A stretch of 64,000 nucleotides of DNA from a virus: positions 32,001-96,000 of IMG/VR virus record IMGVR_UViG_3300009488_000018; one strand, written 5' to 3'. The position numbers were made by a program, and so were the translations under genes. Below, one piece after another: positions 40,823-49,668 of the stretch (its first letter is position 1; each line of letters begins with the position of its first letter). The notes beneath the pieces were generated by a model. That model had not been told where the DNA came from. It saw only the letters and a program-made list of their open reading frames with translations, and made no database searches.

Positions 40823-40896
40823 ACGCCTGTAGCTCAGTCTGGGAGAGCGTCGGTCCTACAAACCGACAGTCATAGGTTCAAACCCTATCAGGCGTA
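40823..40896 (+). tRNA. tRNA-Val(UAC), C33
   Basis: TCGGT-CCTACAA-ACCGA, A73. Confidence 0.85.
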
Positions 40897-40903
40897 TAAT
40901 TAT

Positions 40904-40980
40904 AGTACTGTAGCTCAGCGGTCCAGAGCACGCGACTTATAATCGTGAGGCCGATGGTTCGAATCCATCCAGTACTACTA
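40904..40980 (+). tRNA. tRNA-Ile(UAU)
   Basis: CGCGA-CTTATAA-TCGTG, A73; body resembles tRNA-Ile at 9453. Confidence 0.9.
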
Positions 40981-43891
40981 AAACTTAGTGGACATAAAGT
41001 AGAGACGGGGAACTTTACAAAGGAGGTAGAATGAGACCAGGCGATAGAAAACAAAGATGGCAGAGTACATGTACCATTGAGGGAATAATATTATTCCTGA
41101 TTGGGTTGTTTTTTGCCTACTCTGGATTGATGGCTCCAAGAAACGGTTGGATCGTTTTATTAATAGCCTTGGGTGCATTATGGGGGTCAATGAAATCTTT
41201 TACTGATGCAAAACGCGGATGGAAGATGACGGATAAGCGCCCGCCTTGGGCTGATAGGCATGACGCTATAGACAGGGGCGATTTAACATTATATAAAAGA
41301 TACCCTCATTGGCGACCTAATATACAATCTAACAAAGTACTCAACTCCAAACCAACTAAAGCTGGCGGGGTTAATTAATTGTTAAGGAGAGTCTTATGAT
41401 TACACCATCAGAGAGAATTCAGGCAGTTAAAGAATGGAACGAGTCAGGGTTTCATGAGTTAACGTGTGGAATTGATTCCAACCATCCTCCACTCGTAGCG
41501 GCAGAAACTCCATTTGGCGTGTATCTCTTCTGTACAGCGAATAAATGTGGATATACTCAGCCATTTTGGAAAGTCCCAGCTGTGGTATGGTTATCGTTTT
41601 TTGAGCGACACGCCTCCCCACAAGTCACTCAAGATGAAGTAGACTCACCATGGTTTTGTATTGAATGTAAACATGATGGCAATACAGGCCCAAAGTGTGA
41701 CAATTGCCTTATGCCACGCCGATGATCTTAATTTGGGAGGCTGACAATGAAAAAAGCTATATGCAATCGTGTAGATCTTAAACATAAGAAATGCCAAATA
41801 ACTTCATGTTATCATTATAGCATACATGAATCAATAGGATGTGAAAAATGGCACGAATGTCATTACTACAAAGTGCCAGTTAGATGCTTTTATGTCTCCA
41901 GAAGAATATGGAGTGAAGAGAGAAGACTAGAGCAGCTTAGTTCAAATATTAGGACGAATTCTAAAGGAGACATTTATGAGTTTATATTATGCTGAAACAG
42001 GTCTTGGTTGTTGTATTAGAGAAGCAACCAGTTTAAAAAATGCAAGAAATATAATTCTTAGAGAGGTTGGTACATATAATGGTCCCAAAATTGTTCGTAA
42101 GGCCAGTAAAGATGATATAAATTGGGTTAATAGTATGGGTGGATATGTACCAAAAATTCACCCCCAACCAAGTACTTAACTCCAAACCAGCCAAAGCTGA
42201 TTAGTTTTTCGTTATGTTTCAAGGAGGATAAAATGAATGAACAACTTTATGAGCAAGCATCAGAGGCTATAGAAAAATTGTTCTCTGATAAATCTGTATC
42301 ACAAGAACAGGCAAGGGAAAATTTGGAATCACTCATTGGTGAAATCGAAATAATGCTTGAAAGTATGGAGGAAACCTAACAACGCGCTCAACTCACTGTT
42401 AGGATTCAAACCAAATAACAATAACGCAGTATCTTAAGTGTAGACAATCCAGTAGTTGTGAGGGTTAGCTCCACGTTAGATTGCTCTTTAAGGAGTTATT
42501 ATGAGTTGTAAAGAAGGATATAGGGGCGAATGTTGCTGTGAGTGTGAACATCAACTTAAAATCCATGTTTGCACTTGTGGAATCTGCCCCACCATAGAAG
42601 GATATATCTGTATTTTATCCCATGTCATAGATCATAACTATCATTGTACCTATAAGACGAATAAGCATGGTGCGTGTGAGTGTTTTATGTTGAGAAAGTA
42701 ATCGAACAAAACACTCAACCCAGACCCATAAATATCAAGCTGATGAGTTTTGTTATACAGAAAGGAGGAAAGAGATATGAGTTACTTTTGGTTTTCATTT
42801 TCTAAGAATGGGAAAAATCAGGGATGTATTAATGTTGAAGCTGATACATCAGAAATAGCAATGAAAAATGCGATAGAATTAAATATCGTACCAAAACATG
42901 ACGATGTCGAAACATACAAAATCGATGAACCAGAGATACCCATTAATGTTTTAGTGTCTCCAGAAGAAATGAAGCAGATGGAGTATGATTCAGTAAAATA
43001 TAAAAAAAACTCAACCTAAACCCATAAATATCAATTTTGTTATGCCGCTATGTATGGTGCAAGATCATACTCATCGGGGGCAGTAAACCTACGGGCTGCT
43101 GGCTGTCTATGGTGCCTGAGATGGAACCAGCTAGCGGCATAACAAATCGCTGAAGTCGGAATCGGGAATGCTATGGAGTAAGTGAAGAACCCGAGTGCAC
43201 TTGGGTTGCAGGTGACCGAGCCTGACGTTCCCGAATTTTCCTTAGCCCAACTGATTAGTTTAATGTTATACAAAAGGAGGAAAGATGAAGAAATGGCCAG
43301 AGGATGGTTCTACGGTACAGTTTGCAGAAATAGTTGAGTCCGTCAGAAAGGCAATACTCTTTGCATATAATATTAAAAGGAAAAACAGGAATAGAAGCAT
43401 ACCTTGGGATGGACTTGATATTGGAAATGATTCAAAAGCGACTTGCTTTTCTCCAGAGGAACAACTTCAACTAGAACATTTGCGTTATTCTGAAAATGAT
43501 CAAGGACGGGATGCTCTAGATGAAATACTAAGTATAGCTGTCCGATTAGGGATTGAACAAGGACAGAGGATTTTTAAAAAAGGTACAGAATATCAAATGA
43601 TGAAAATACGGTTGAACTTAATAGAAAATCTAACAAATCACTCAGTCCAACCGAACAGACCAACTGGTTAGTTTAACCGTTAACAATCCTTCTTCAGGAG
43701 ATTAATATGCAAATATGTAAATTTTGTCAAAAGTCCTATGATGTAAAAGAAACCAAAAGGGTTTTCGGTGATATGTGGTGGATATACATTTATTGCTCTG
43801 CACAATGTTATACAAAAGATCAGGTTGTTAACAAAACACCTAACTCAGACCATGCTAACCGTCCGTCCGGATGAACTCAGCTGCGTAAAAC

Positions 43892-44535
43892 TCTATATAA
43901 AATGTAAGTGAAACTGCGGGCCAGGCTTTAAAAGAAAGGAGATAAAGGCCATGCGAATAATTAAATCCAAAAGATTAATGTTACTACTCATTAGTTTCGC
44001 TTCGATCTTTGCTCTTGTAACGACCTCTCTTGCACAGGAGAAGATTAAGCTCGCGGGGAAGCGATACGGGGTCAGAACTAAAGCGGAAGTGATTAAGCTT
44101 GATGACACCAAGGGGCACATCCTTATCCTCTCGGAGTCAAAGGGCACCGATGCCACTACTGGTGCCCAGTTTGTTAGCACTGCATTCGGTGATTATATTA
44201 AGGGAAATGGACCACATTGGGGCTACGGAAAAGCTATAGACCCAGATGGCGATGTCACTTTTAGTACATTTAAATCAAAGTTTACCACCACCCTTTCCCC
44301 CGAAGGCAAACCGATCACTACATTTGAAGGGACTTGGTCTTTCACAAAAGGAACTGGTAAGTATGAGAACGCCCAGGGGGGCGGCACCTTCAAGGGAAAG
44401 GTTATAGGACCAGGAATATTCACATATGATTGGGAAGGCGAATACTCTATTAAGAAGTAAGAGACAGCCTTCTCTTACAACCCCTAGTATTACAATCTTT
44501 TGCTAGTTCGCAGTTTCACTTACATTTTATATAGA
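43892..44535. mobile_element. Element bounded by perfect 27-bp terminal inverted repeats, carrying one gene
   Basis: TCTATATAAAATGTAAGTGAAACTGCG (43892-43918) / CGCAGTTTCACTTACATTTTATATAGA (44509-44535). Confidence 0.7.
43951..44460 (+). CDS. Secreted beta-rich protein
   Basis: Signal peptide ending SLA-Q; GTWSFTKGTGKY; visibly higher GC than the flanks. Confidence 0.7.
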   Translation: MRIIKSKRLMLLLISFASIFALVTTSLAQEKIKLAGKRYGVRTKAEVIKLDDTKGHILILSESKGTDATTGAQFVSTAFGDYIKGNGPHWGYGKAIDPDGDVTFSTFKSKFTTTLSPEGKPITTFEGTWSFTKGTGKYENAQGGGTFKGKVIGPGIFTYDWEGEYSIKK

Positions 44536-45026
44536 ACATAACTAATTAGTTTTTCATTGGGCGGTTTCGTCCAGAAAGGAAAATCATGAGCGAGAAATTA
44601 ACTGATGAACAAATTAAGAACTGGCGCGAAGTTCTTGTCGGAATGATTGGACCATACGCTCTAATAATGCCAAGGGAAGAAATCCAGGCATTTCGTGACA
44701 AAACGCAAAATGCCGTCCAACAAGTCGCTCAACCAAATCTGGATAAACCGGCAGCTTAATTCTGTCGTTAGACTATACAGGAGATCATAATGATAGAACT
44801 AAAACGATACACCATAATGTCAAGTGCTAAGGGTCCAAATCGTGATACTATTGAAGATCCAGATGGACAATGGATCTTCGATCCAGGTCATAAGATAAAT
44901 TTAGATAAATCCAACGATCGTCGTTGTGAATATTGTGGTGCTGAGAAGGATCCAACAATAAAAACTTTGTGTGGCAAATGCCGTATGTAAGAGGATGTTA
45001 AACCAAAGAAATAACAGGAGGTAAAA

Positions 45027-46010
45027 ATGAAGACCGTAACTTCACAAGCTGAATTTGAAGAGAAGCTAAAAGAAGGTTTGAGATCTTTTAAATTTAAGGG
45101 TTTCAGTGGTGTATTGAAGGGAGATACTCATATTCATCTTTATGGTAATTCTCAAGCCTATCTACTGGGAAACTCTCACACTACATTACATCAAAGCGCT
45201 TTTGCTGCATTATGGGGAAACTGTCATGCTAGGCTTCATGACAGTTCTCATGCCGTGTTACGAGGTAACTCTTCTGCTGAGCTACATGGAACCCCTTATT
45301 CTTCCCCCCATGTTTCACTTCAGGACAATTCTTATGTCATACTACGCGGACATTCTCATGCTGATTTATGGGGGCATTCTTTTGCTGAGATACGGGAAAG
45401 TTCTCATGCTATACTACGGGGATATTCCCAAGCTATATTATGGGGACATTCTCATGCTGATTTACGTGATGATTCTTTTGCTGAGCTATGGGGAAGTTCT
45501 TCCGTTATCTTACAAGGGAGATCTCGTGCTATGCTACGGGATTTCTCGATAGGTTATCTAAGGAGCAAGAGAGCAAAGGCTAAAGCTGGAAAACGTGCAA
45601 CCATAATTGAAATGATCTACCCTGAAGATATCAAACAATGGGCAGCACTGAAAAGGGTGTGTATTAGACGAAACAGAATAATGCTTTGGAAAGCTGTGAG
45701 ACAAAATGGTACTGACTTCTATACTGGTCAAGTTAATTATGATACTAAGAAAGAAATTACCGCACCAGACTGGGATTCGAAATATTCTCAAGAATGTGGT
45801 TTTGGTTTGCACCTTGCCGATTCTCCTAGTGCTGCACGACTATTTTGTTCAAGAGATCAGCGTAAAACTGCCCGGTTATTCCGAGTGTCAGTTAATATAA
45901 ATGATTGTATCTGCTTTCCAGGCATGCCACATTATCCAATGAAATTACGAGCACGAGCATGTCGGAAAGTGAAAGAATATCCAATTAGTTATAACCTTTG
46001 GGAGGAGTAA
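45027..46010 (+). CDS. Octapeptide-repeat (beta-helix-like) phage protein
   Basis: Tandem G/D-x-S-x-A-x-L-x units; C-terminal ECGFGLHL. Confidence 0.7.
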   Translation: MKTVTSQAEFEEKLKEGLRSFKFKGFSGVLKGDTHIHLYGNSQAYLLGNSHTTLHQSAFAALWGNCHARLHDSSHAVLRGNSSAELHGTPYSSPHVSLQDNSYVILRGHSHADLWGHSFAEIRESSHAILRGYSQAILWGHSHADLRDDSFAELWGSSSVILQGRSRAMLRDFSIGYLRSKRAKAKAGKRATIIEMIYPEDIKQWAALKRVCIRRNRIMLWKAVRQNGTDFYTGQVNYDTKKEITAPDWDSKYSQECGFGLHLADSPSAARLFCSRDQRKTARLFRVSVNINDCICFPGMPHYPMKLRARACRKVKEYPISYNLWEE

Positions 46011-46156
46011 TATTAGACTAAATACTTCAGAGAGGAGGTGAATAAGGAGTGTGGGGAGCCACAGCAATTATAGTAGGTTTCGTTATACTTTGGATTATAG
46101 CTATCAAGCTTATAACGAATAGGTAGAAACCTTAAAGAGAAAGAGAGGTAGTTAAG

Positions 46157-46516
46157 ATGAAAAAAGGAGAAATAAAATTACTTAGCTGGGGTTTCGTGAT
46201 TGGCGCAATTGTAATGCTTATTTTCATTTTCGCGTCAGGATGGGCAGTGACAAGAGGCTCTGCCAAAGCTAAAGGTGAGGAAATGGCCAAACAGGCTGTT
46301 ATAGACCAACTGGCACCGATCTGTGTCGAGCAGTTTTTACAGGATCCAAACAGGGAAGAGCTATTTAAGAAGTTGGAAAAAGAAAGCTCCTGGAGACGGG
46401 GTGATACTGTAAAAGAAGCAGGTTGGGCGGCAATGCCTGGCGCCAAATCTCCTGCTCCTGGTGTTGCCGATGAATGTGCAAAACGGCTCATAGAGCTCAA
46501 GAAGACCAAGAAATAA
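46157..46516 (+). CDS. Membrane-anchored periplasmic protein, probably host-derived
   Basis: N-terminal TM, LAPICVEQF, GWAAMPG, VADECA. Confidence 0.65.
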   Translation: MKKGEIKLLSWGFVIGAIVMLIFIFASGWAVTRGSAKAKGEEMAKQAVIDQLAPICVEQFLQDPNREELFKKLEKESSWRRGDTVKEAGWAAMPGAKSPAPGVADECAKRLIELKKTKK

Positions 46517-46534
46517 GTGATATGAGCTAGGTGG

Positions 46535-46631
46535 TAGCAAGACATGAGAAGTATTCGGGCAATGGGCAAGTGACTGCAGGCATGACCCTAATCTTGAATG
46601 ATTAATCCGTAACGCTTCTCATGTTTTGTTA
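46535..46631 (+). ncRNA. Candidate structured RNA (~97 nt)
   Basis: 18-bp terminal stem with G.U pairs; inner ATTCGGG/CTTGAAT stem. Confidence 0.5.
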
Positions 46632-46651
46632 ATTTGGCCACTTAAAACTAA

Positions 46652-46726
46652 GCGCCTGTAGCTCAGTGGACATAGAGCACAAGATTTCTACTCTTGGTGT
46701 CGTGGGTTCGAATCCCTCCAGGCGTT
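46652..46726 (+). tRNA. tRNA-Arg(UCU)
   Basis: CAAGA-TTTCTAC-TCTTG. Confidence 0.9.
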
Positions 46727-46729
46727 TAA

Positions 46730-46804
46730 GCGTTCGTAGCTCAGCCCGGTAGAGCGGGAGGGTGAAGTCCTCCGTCGTCAGAGGTTCAAATCCTTTCGAG
46801 CGCA
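46730..46804 (+). tRNA. tRNA-Phe(GAA), G32/G37
   Basis: GGAGG-GTGAAGT-CCTCC. Confidence 0.87.
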
Positions 46805-46812
46805 CTTTTCAT

Positions 46813-46885
46813 GCGTCCGTAACTCAGTTGGTAGAGTACAGGACTTTTAATCCTGGAGTCGCAGGTTCAATCCCTGCCGGACGTA
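46813..46885 (+). tRNA. tRNA-Lys(UUU)
   Basis: CAGGA-CTTTTAA-TCCTG. Confidence 0.92.
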
Positions 46886-46980
46886 TTAACAACAGTTTCT
46901 AACAAACATTTATAGAACAAATAAATGTATAAATGTTAGATCGTAATAACATTATCTACCAGAAGAAAGAGAGGCAAAAA

Positions 46981-47115
46981 ATGAAAGAAACTGAGTATTA
47001 GATAAAAATCCCTCCATAGGCTCAGCCAAGAGGTCCTCCGAACTTTTAAACTTTTAAGGAAATTTTGTCAAAACGTCAAAAAAGTTTAAAACTTCAAAAG
47101 TTCAAAAGGAGGACT
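46981..47115 (+). promoter_or_regulatory. Putative leader-peptide translational attenuator (MKETEY*IKIPP*AQPRGPPNF*) with RBS-sequestering hairpin
   Basis: GAGAGG RBS, ATG at 46981, in-frame TAG at 46999 and 47017, TAA at 47047; GGTCCTCC (47032-39) pairs with GGAGGACT (47108-15). Confidence 0.7.
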
Positions 47116-47119
47116 TGTC

Positions 47120-47425
47120 ATGCATCCATTAACAGAAATCAAAAACCAACAAAAAGAAAGAGGGTTTACAATACGTAAACTCAAAAAAGAAAGAAAAGGA
47201 ATCAAAACCGAAGACGAATTTTCCAATACATTATGGAGCTTATACAAACTTCGGATCGAGTTCAGACATACTCATATTGCTTATTGTGAAGTAAGAGGAA
47301 AAACTAGAGAACAGATTGAAATACCCAGAGAAGATAATCAACCCAATGAAGACAAAATTAGTAAGGTTAAAGAGGAAATTATTGGGAGGATTAGAGAACA
47401 TGAAACTCTACGTAATAGTTCGTAA
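47120..47425 (+). CDS. Hypothetical protein, first gene after the leader
   Basis: FRHTHIAYCEVRGKTREQIE; overlaps the next gene. Confidence 0.7.
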   Translation: MHPLTEIKNQQKERGFTIRKLKKERKGIKTEDEFSNTLWSLYKLRIEFRHTHIAYCEVRGKTREQIEIPREDNQPNEDKISKVKEEIIGRIREHETLRNSS

Positions 47426-47693
47426 AGATCTTACTTCATCGCAACAAGCAGTTCAAGCTGGACATGCACTTGCAGAATATTTACTTAGAAGATCATGGAG
47501 TTCTGATTGGAATAACGGAACTTTAGTTTATCTCGGAGCAAAAAATAAACTCGAACTAGAGAAACTAATGTACAAGCTTGAAATGAGAAATATAAAGTGG
47601 GTTAGTTTTATTGAACCAGACTTAAACAATGAAGTTACTGCTATAGCAACAGAATATGATGGTAGTTTAATATCTGGACTAGACTTGTTGTAA
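47400..47693 (+). CDS. Peptidyl-tRNA hydrolase type 2 (Pth2)-fold protein
   Basis: KLYVIVRKDL...QQAVQAGHA...FIEPDL..EVTAIA. Confidence 0.75.
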   Translation: MKLYVIVRKDLTSSQQAVQAGHALAEYLLRRSWSSDWNNGTLVYLGAKNKLELEKLMYKLEMRNIKWVSFIEPDLNNEVTAIATEYDGSLISGLDLL

Positions 47694-47701
47694 ATAGTGA
47701 A

Positions 47702-48445
47702 ATGGAGGATATTATGTGTCTCGACTGTATCGACTGTAATATAGAACCCCATGATGAAGGTTTCAAAATTCTGCAGAGACTAACGTCAGGAATATTTACA
47801 CCGATCTATTTCCCTAAAACGCAATATACATTTAGAAAATGGTTTAATGCCAAAACCTTCGATAAAGATAATGAAATCAAAATAGTTAAAACTTCAGATG
47901 GAAAACCTTATCCAGCTGGATTTCATTATTATCTAAATCTTGAAGACGCTATATCACATGCTGCAAGAAACAGAATAGTTGCTCGAATTAAAATTAAGAA
48001 TATTCTTGTAACTGGTCTTCAAGACGAGAAACAAGCCGGAGTTTCAGAATATATAATGTTAATGAAAATAGTTAAAGATACTATACCAGTTGAGAAGTAT
48101 AGAATTAATCCACAAATAAATGATATCATAACTGAATCTCTGAAACCCTTACTAAATATACTAAGACATAGTCACGGAAAAGTTAGTGACAAAACAGTAC
48201 AAAAAATAGGAGAGTTAGTTTCAGAAACAGATGAAAACTTCGTTGATTATGTCACAATTGTAGACAATCTAAGAAGACAAGGAGAAGCATTTAAAACTGC
48301 CACTACAATACACTATAGAGCTTTAAAGTTAGTACCGAGATATTTAGACTATCATACTAGAATAATGTCATCAGACTCATCTCTTCTAGACAAATTATCT
48401 TCTCGTAAAAATGAGCTTTTCGACCAGGGGTATCGAGACTTGTAA
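47702..48445 (+). CDS. Hypothetical protein
   Basis: 247-aa ORF with YPAGFH motif. Confidence 0.6.
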   Translation: MEDIMCLDCIDCNIEPHDEGFKILQRLTSGIFTPIYFPKTQYTFRKWFNAKTFDKDNEIKIVKTSDGKPYPAGFHYYLNLEDAISHAARNRIVARIKIKNILVTGLQDEKQAGVSEYIMLMKIVKDTIPVEKYRINPQINDIITESLKPLLNILRHSHGKVSDKTVQKIGELVSETDENFVDYVTIVDNLRRQGEAFKTATTIHYRALKLVPRYLDYHTRIMSSDSSLLDKLSSRKNELFDQGYRDL

Positions 48446-48460
48446 CTATACTTTACAAAT

Positions 48461-48535
48461 TCCCCTGTAGCTTAGTCAGGTCAAAAGCAGAGGTCTCTAA
48501 AACCTTGGACGTGGGTTCAAATCCCACCAGGGGAT
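48461..48535 (+). tRNA. Amber suppressor tRNA (anticodon CUA)
   Basis: TCCCCTG/CAGGGGA acceptor, GAGGT-CTCTAAA-ACCTT anticodon arm, GTGGG-TTCAAAT-CCCAC T arm. Confidence 0.9.
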
Positions 48536-48544
48536 TTCATAAAT

Positions 48545-48575
48545 AGAACATAAATACTATATATATTAATTACTG
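48545..48575 (+). promoter_or_regulatory. Tandem AGAACATA and TATATATATTAATTACTG motifs
   Basis: Both recurrent motifs sit upstream of the 339-nt candidate RNA. Confidence 0.6.
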
Positions 48576-48637
48576 TTAAGGAATAAGGTATGGTTGTTGA
48601 CTTGTAGCCGAGTCCCCTTATTCCTCTTTTATTAGTT

Positions 48638-48976
48638 TGAGAAAAACAGAGTTGGTCGCTTGTAGTGACTCTTCAACCTTGCAGTGTATATGTAACGATC
48701 GCAAGAAATACCTGACGTTGGGGCATATATACTGTTTGAGAGAGAAACACCAATAAACAGTGATACCGGCTATGTTGTTAGCCCTAAACTGGCCGACGGC
48801 TGCTCGTGAATCCCAAAACCGGGACACGAACCGGGTCACTGCCAACAGGAGACTATCCTAGAACATTGTATTCGGACGTTCATCTTCGGACGAATATTTG
48901 GTCGGTGTTTGAAATAGTAAACGGTAGGTTTCTCTACTAACCAAAGTAGGGGGAAATCCGTTCTCTGTTTTTCTCA
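48638..48976 (+). ncRNA. Candidate large structured ncRNA (339 nt)
   Basis: 14-bp perfect terminal stem, several nested stems, raised GC, no plus-strand ORF. Confidence 0.65.
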
Positions 48977-49013
48977 TTCATTTTGATTCAGTTAACCTAA
49001 ACGGAGGAGTATA

Positions 49014-49634
49014 ATGAAAAAAATACTCATAGTTACTTTAGTCTTAAGTTTTATTATGGCTCTGTCAGTTCCTACTCTGGCAATCTCTGGTTCACCTCCA
49101 AGCCCTGGTGAGTGGACAGGGAATATCAATGCTTTTCTAGGGATGAAGTATCTTGATGAAGGTGATTGGGAACCCCTTGACGAGCAAGAAGAATTCGGCA
49201 TAAAGGTTGACTTTAAGCAGCAAGGCTGGCCGGTGAGCATTGCTATTGACTATTTATCCTCAAGCGATGATGGAACTATGCTGATGTATCATCCAAGGTT
49301 TGGAACTGTTCCATTCAATTTTGAGGGGGAGACATCGGAGTTATGCTTTGGAGTCCGAAAAATCTGGGACTACTTCCCAACCATGCGACCCTTTATTGGT
49401 GGCGGTATAGCGTTTATTAACGCTGAAATAGAGGGACGTGCGTTAGGAAAAAGACTCTCTGTTGATGATGACGCAGTAGGAATATGGGTCAATGGTGGAA
49501 TATACTGGACTCTAGCTGAACATTTCAACATAGGGTTTGACTTGAGATGGTCCAAAGCTGAGGTCACGTTACTCGGTATAAAAGGTGAAGCTGGAGGTAC
49601 CCACGCTGGGGTATTAGTAGGCTATCATTGGTAA
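49014..49634 (+). CDS. Outer-membrane beta-barrel protein (8-strand OmpW/Ail-like)
   Basis: Signal peptide, RPFIGGG, amphipathic strands, C-terminal VGYHW beta-signal. Confidence 0.82.
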   Translation: MKKILIVTLVLSFIMALSVPTLAISGSPPSPGEWTGNINAFLGMKYLDEGDWEPLDEQEEFGIKVDFKQQGWPVSIAIDYLSSSDDGTMLMYHPRFGTVPFNFEGETSELCFGVRKIWDYFPTMRPFIGGGIAFINAEIEGRALGKRLSVDDDAVGIWVNGGIYWTLAEHFNIGFDLRWSKAEVTLLGIKGEAGGTHAGVLVGYHW

Positions 49635-49668
49635 TTAGATTTTCTTGACTCTACTTTAGAGACTAATA

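Larger units (their letters stand above)
41031..45003 (+). mobile_element. Array of integron-like gene cassettes with ~9-11 attC-like sites and no integrase in the window (CALIN-like)
   Basis: Repeated YAAC-AA-xxxCTCAAC...(G)TTA(G)Y...GTTRR imperfect palindromes after short co-oriented ORFs; cassette ends mutually complementary. Confidence 0.75.

Noticed and set aside
43060-43126. SAM-I riboswitch-like words (CTCATC, GGTGCC, GAGATG)
   Set aside because: Core kink-turn, pseudoknot and GCAACC elements are absent
45100-45550. Diversity-generating retroelement TR/VR pair
   Set aside because: Repeats are short tandem coding units; no reverse transcriptase or adenine-specific mismatch pair seen
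48461-48535. tRNA-Pyl
   Set aside because: Has a canonical D loop, TTC T loop and 5-bp anticodon stem, unlike tRNA-Pyl; no pyl genes in the window
48638-48976. tmRNA, RNase P RNA or group I intron
   Set aside because: No Ala acceptor/T-arm ends, no P4 GAAAGTC consensus, and no interrupted host gene
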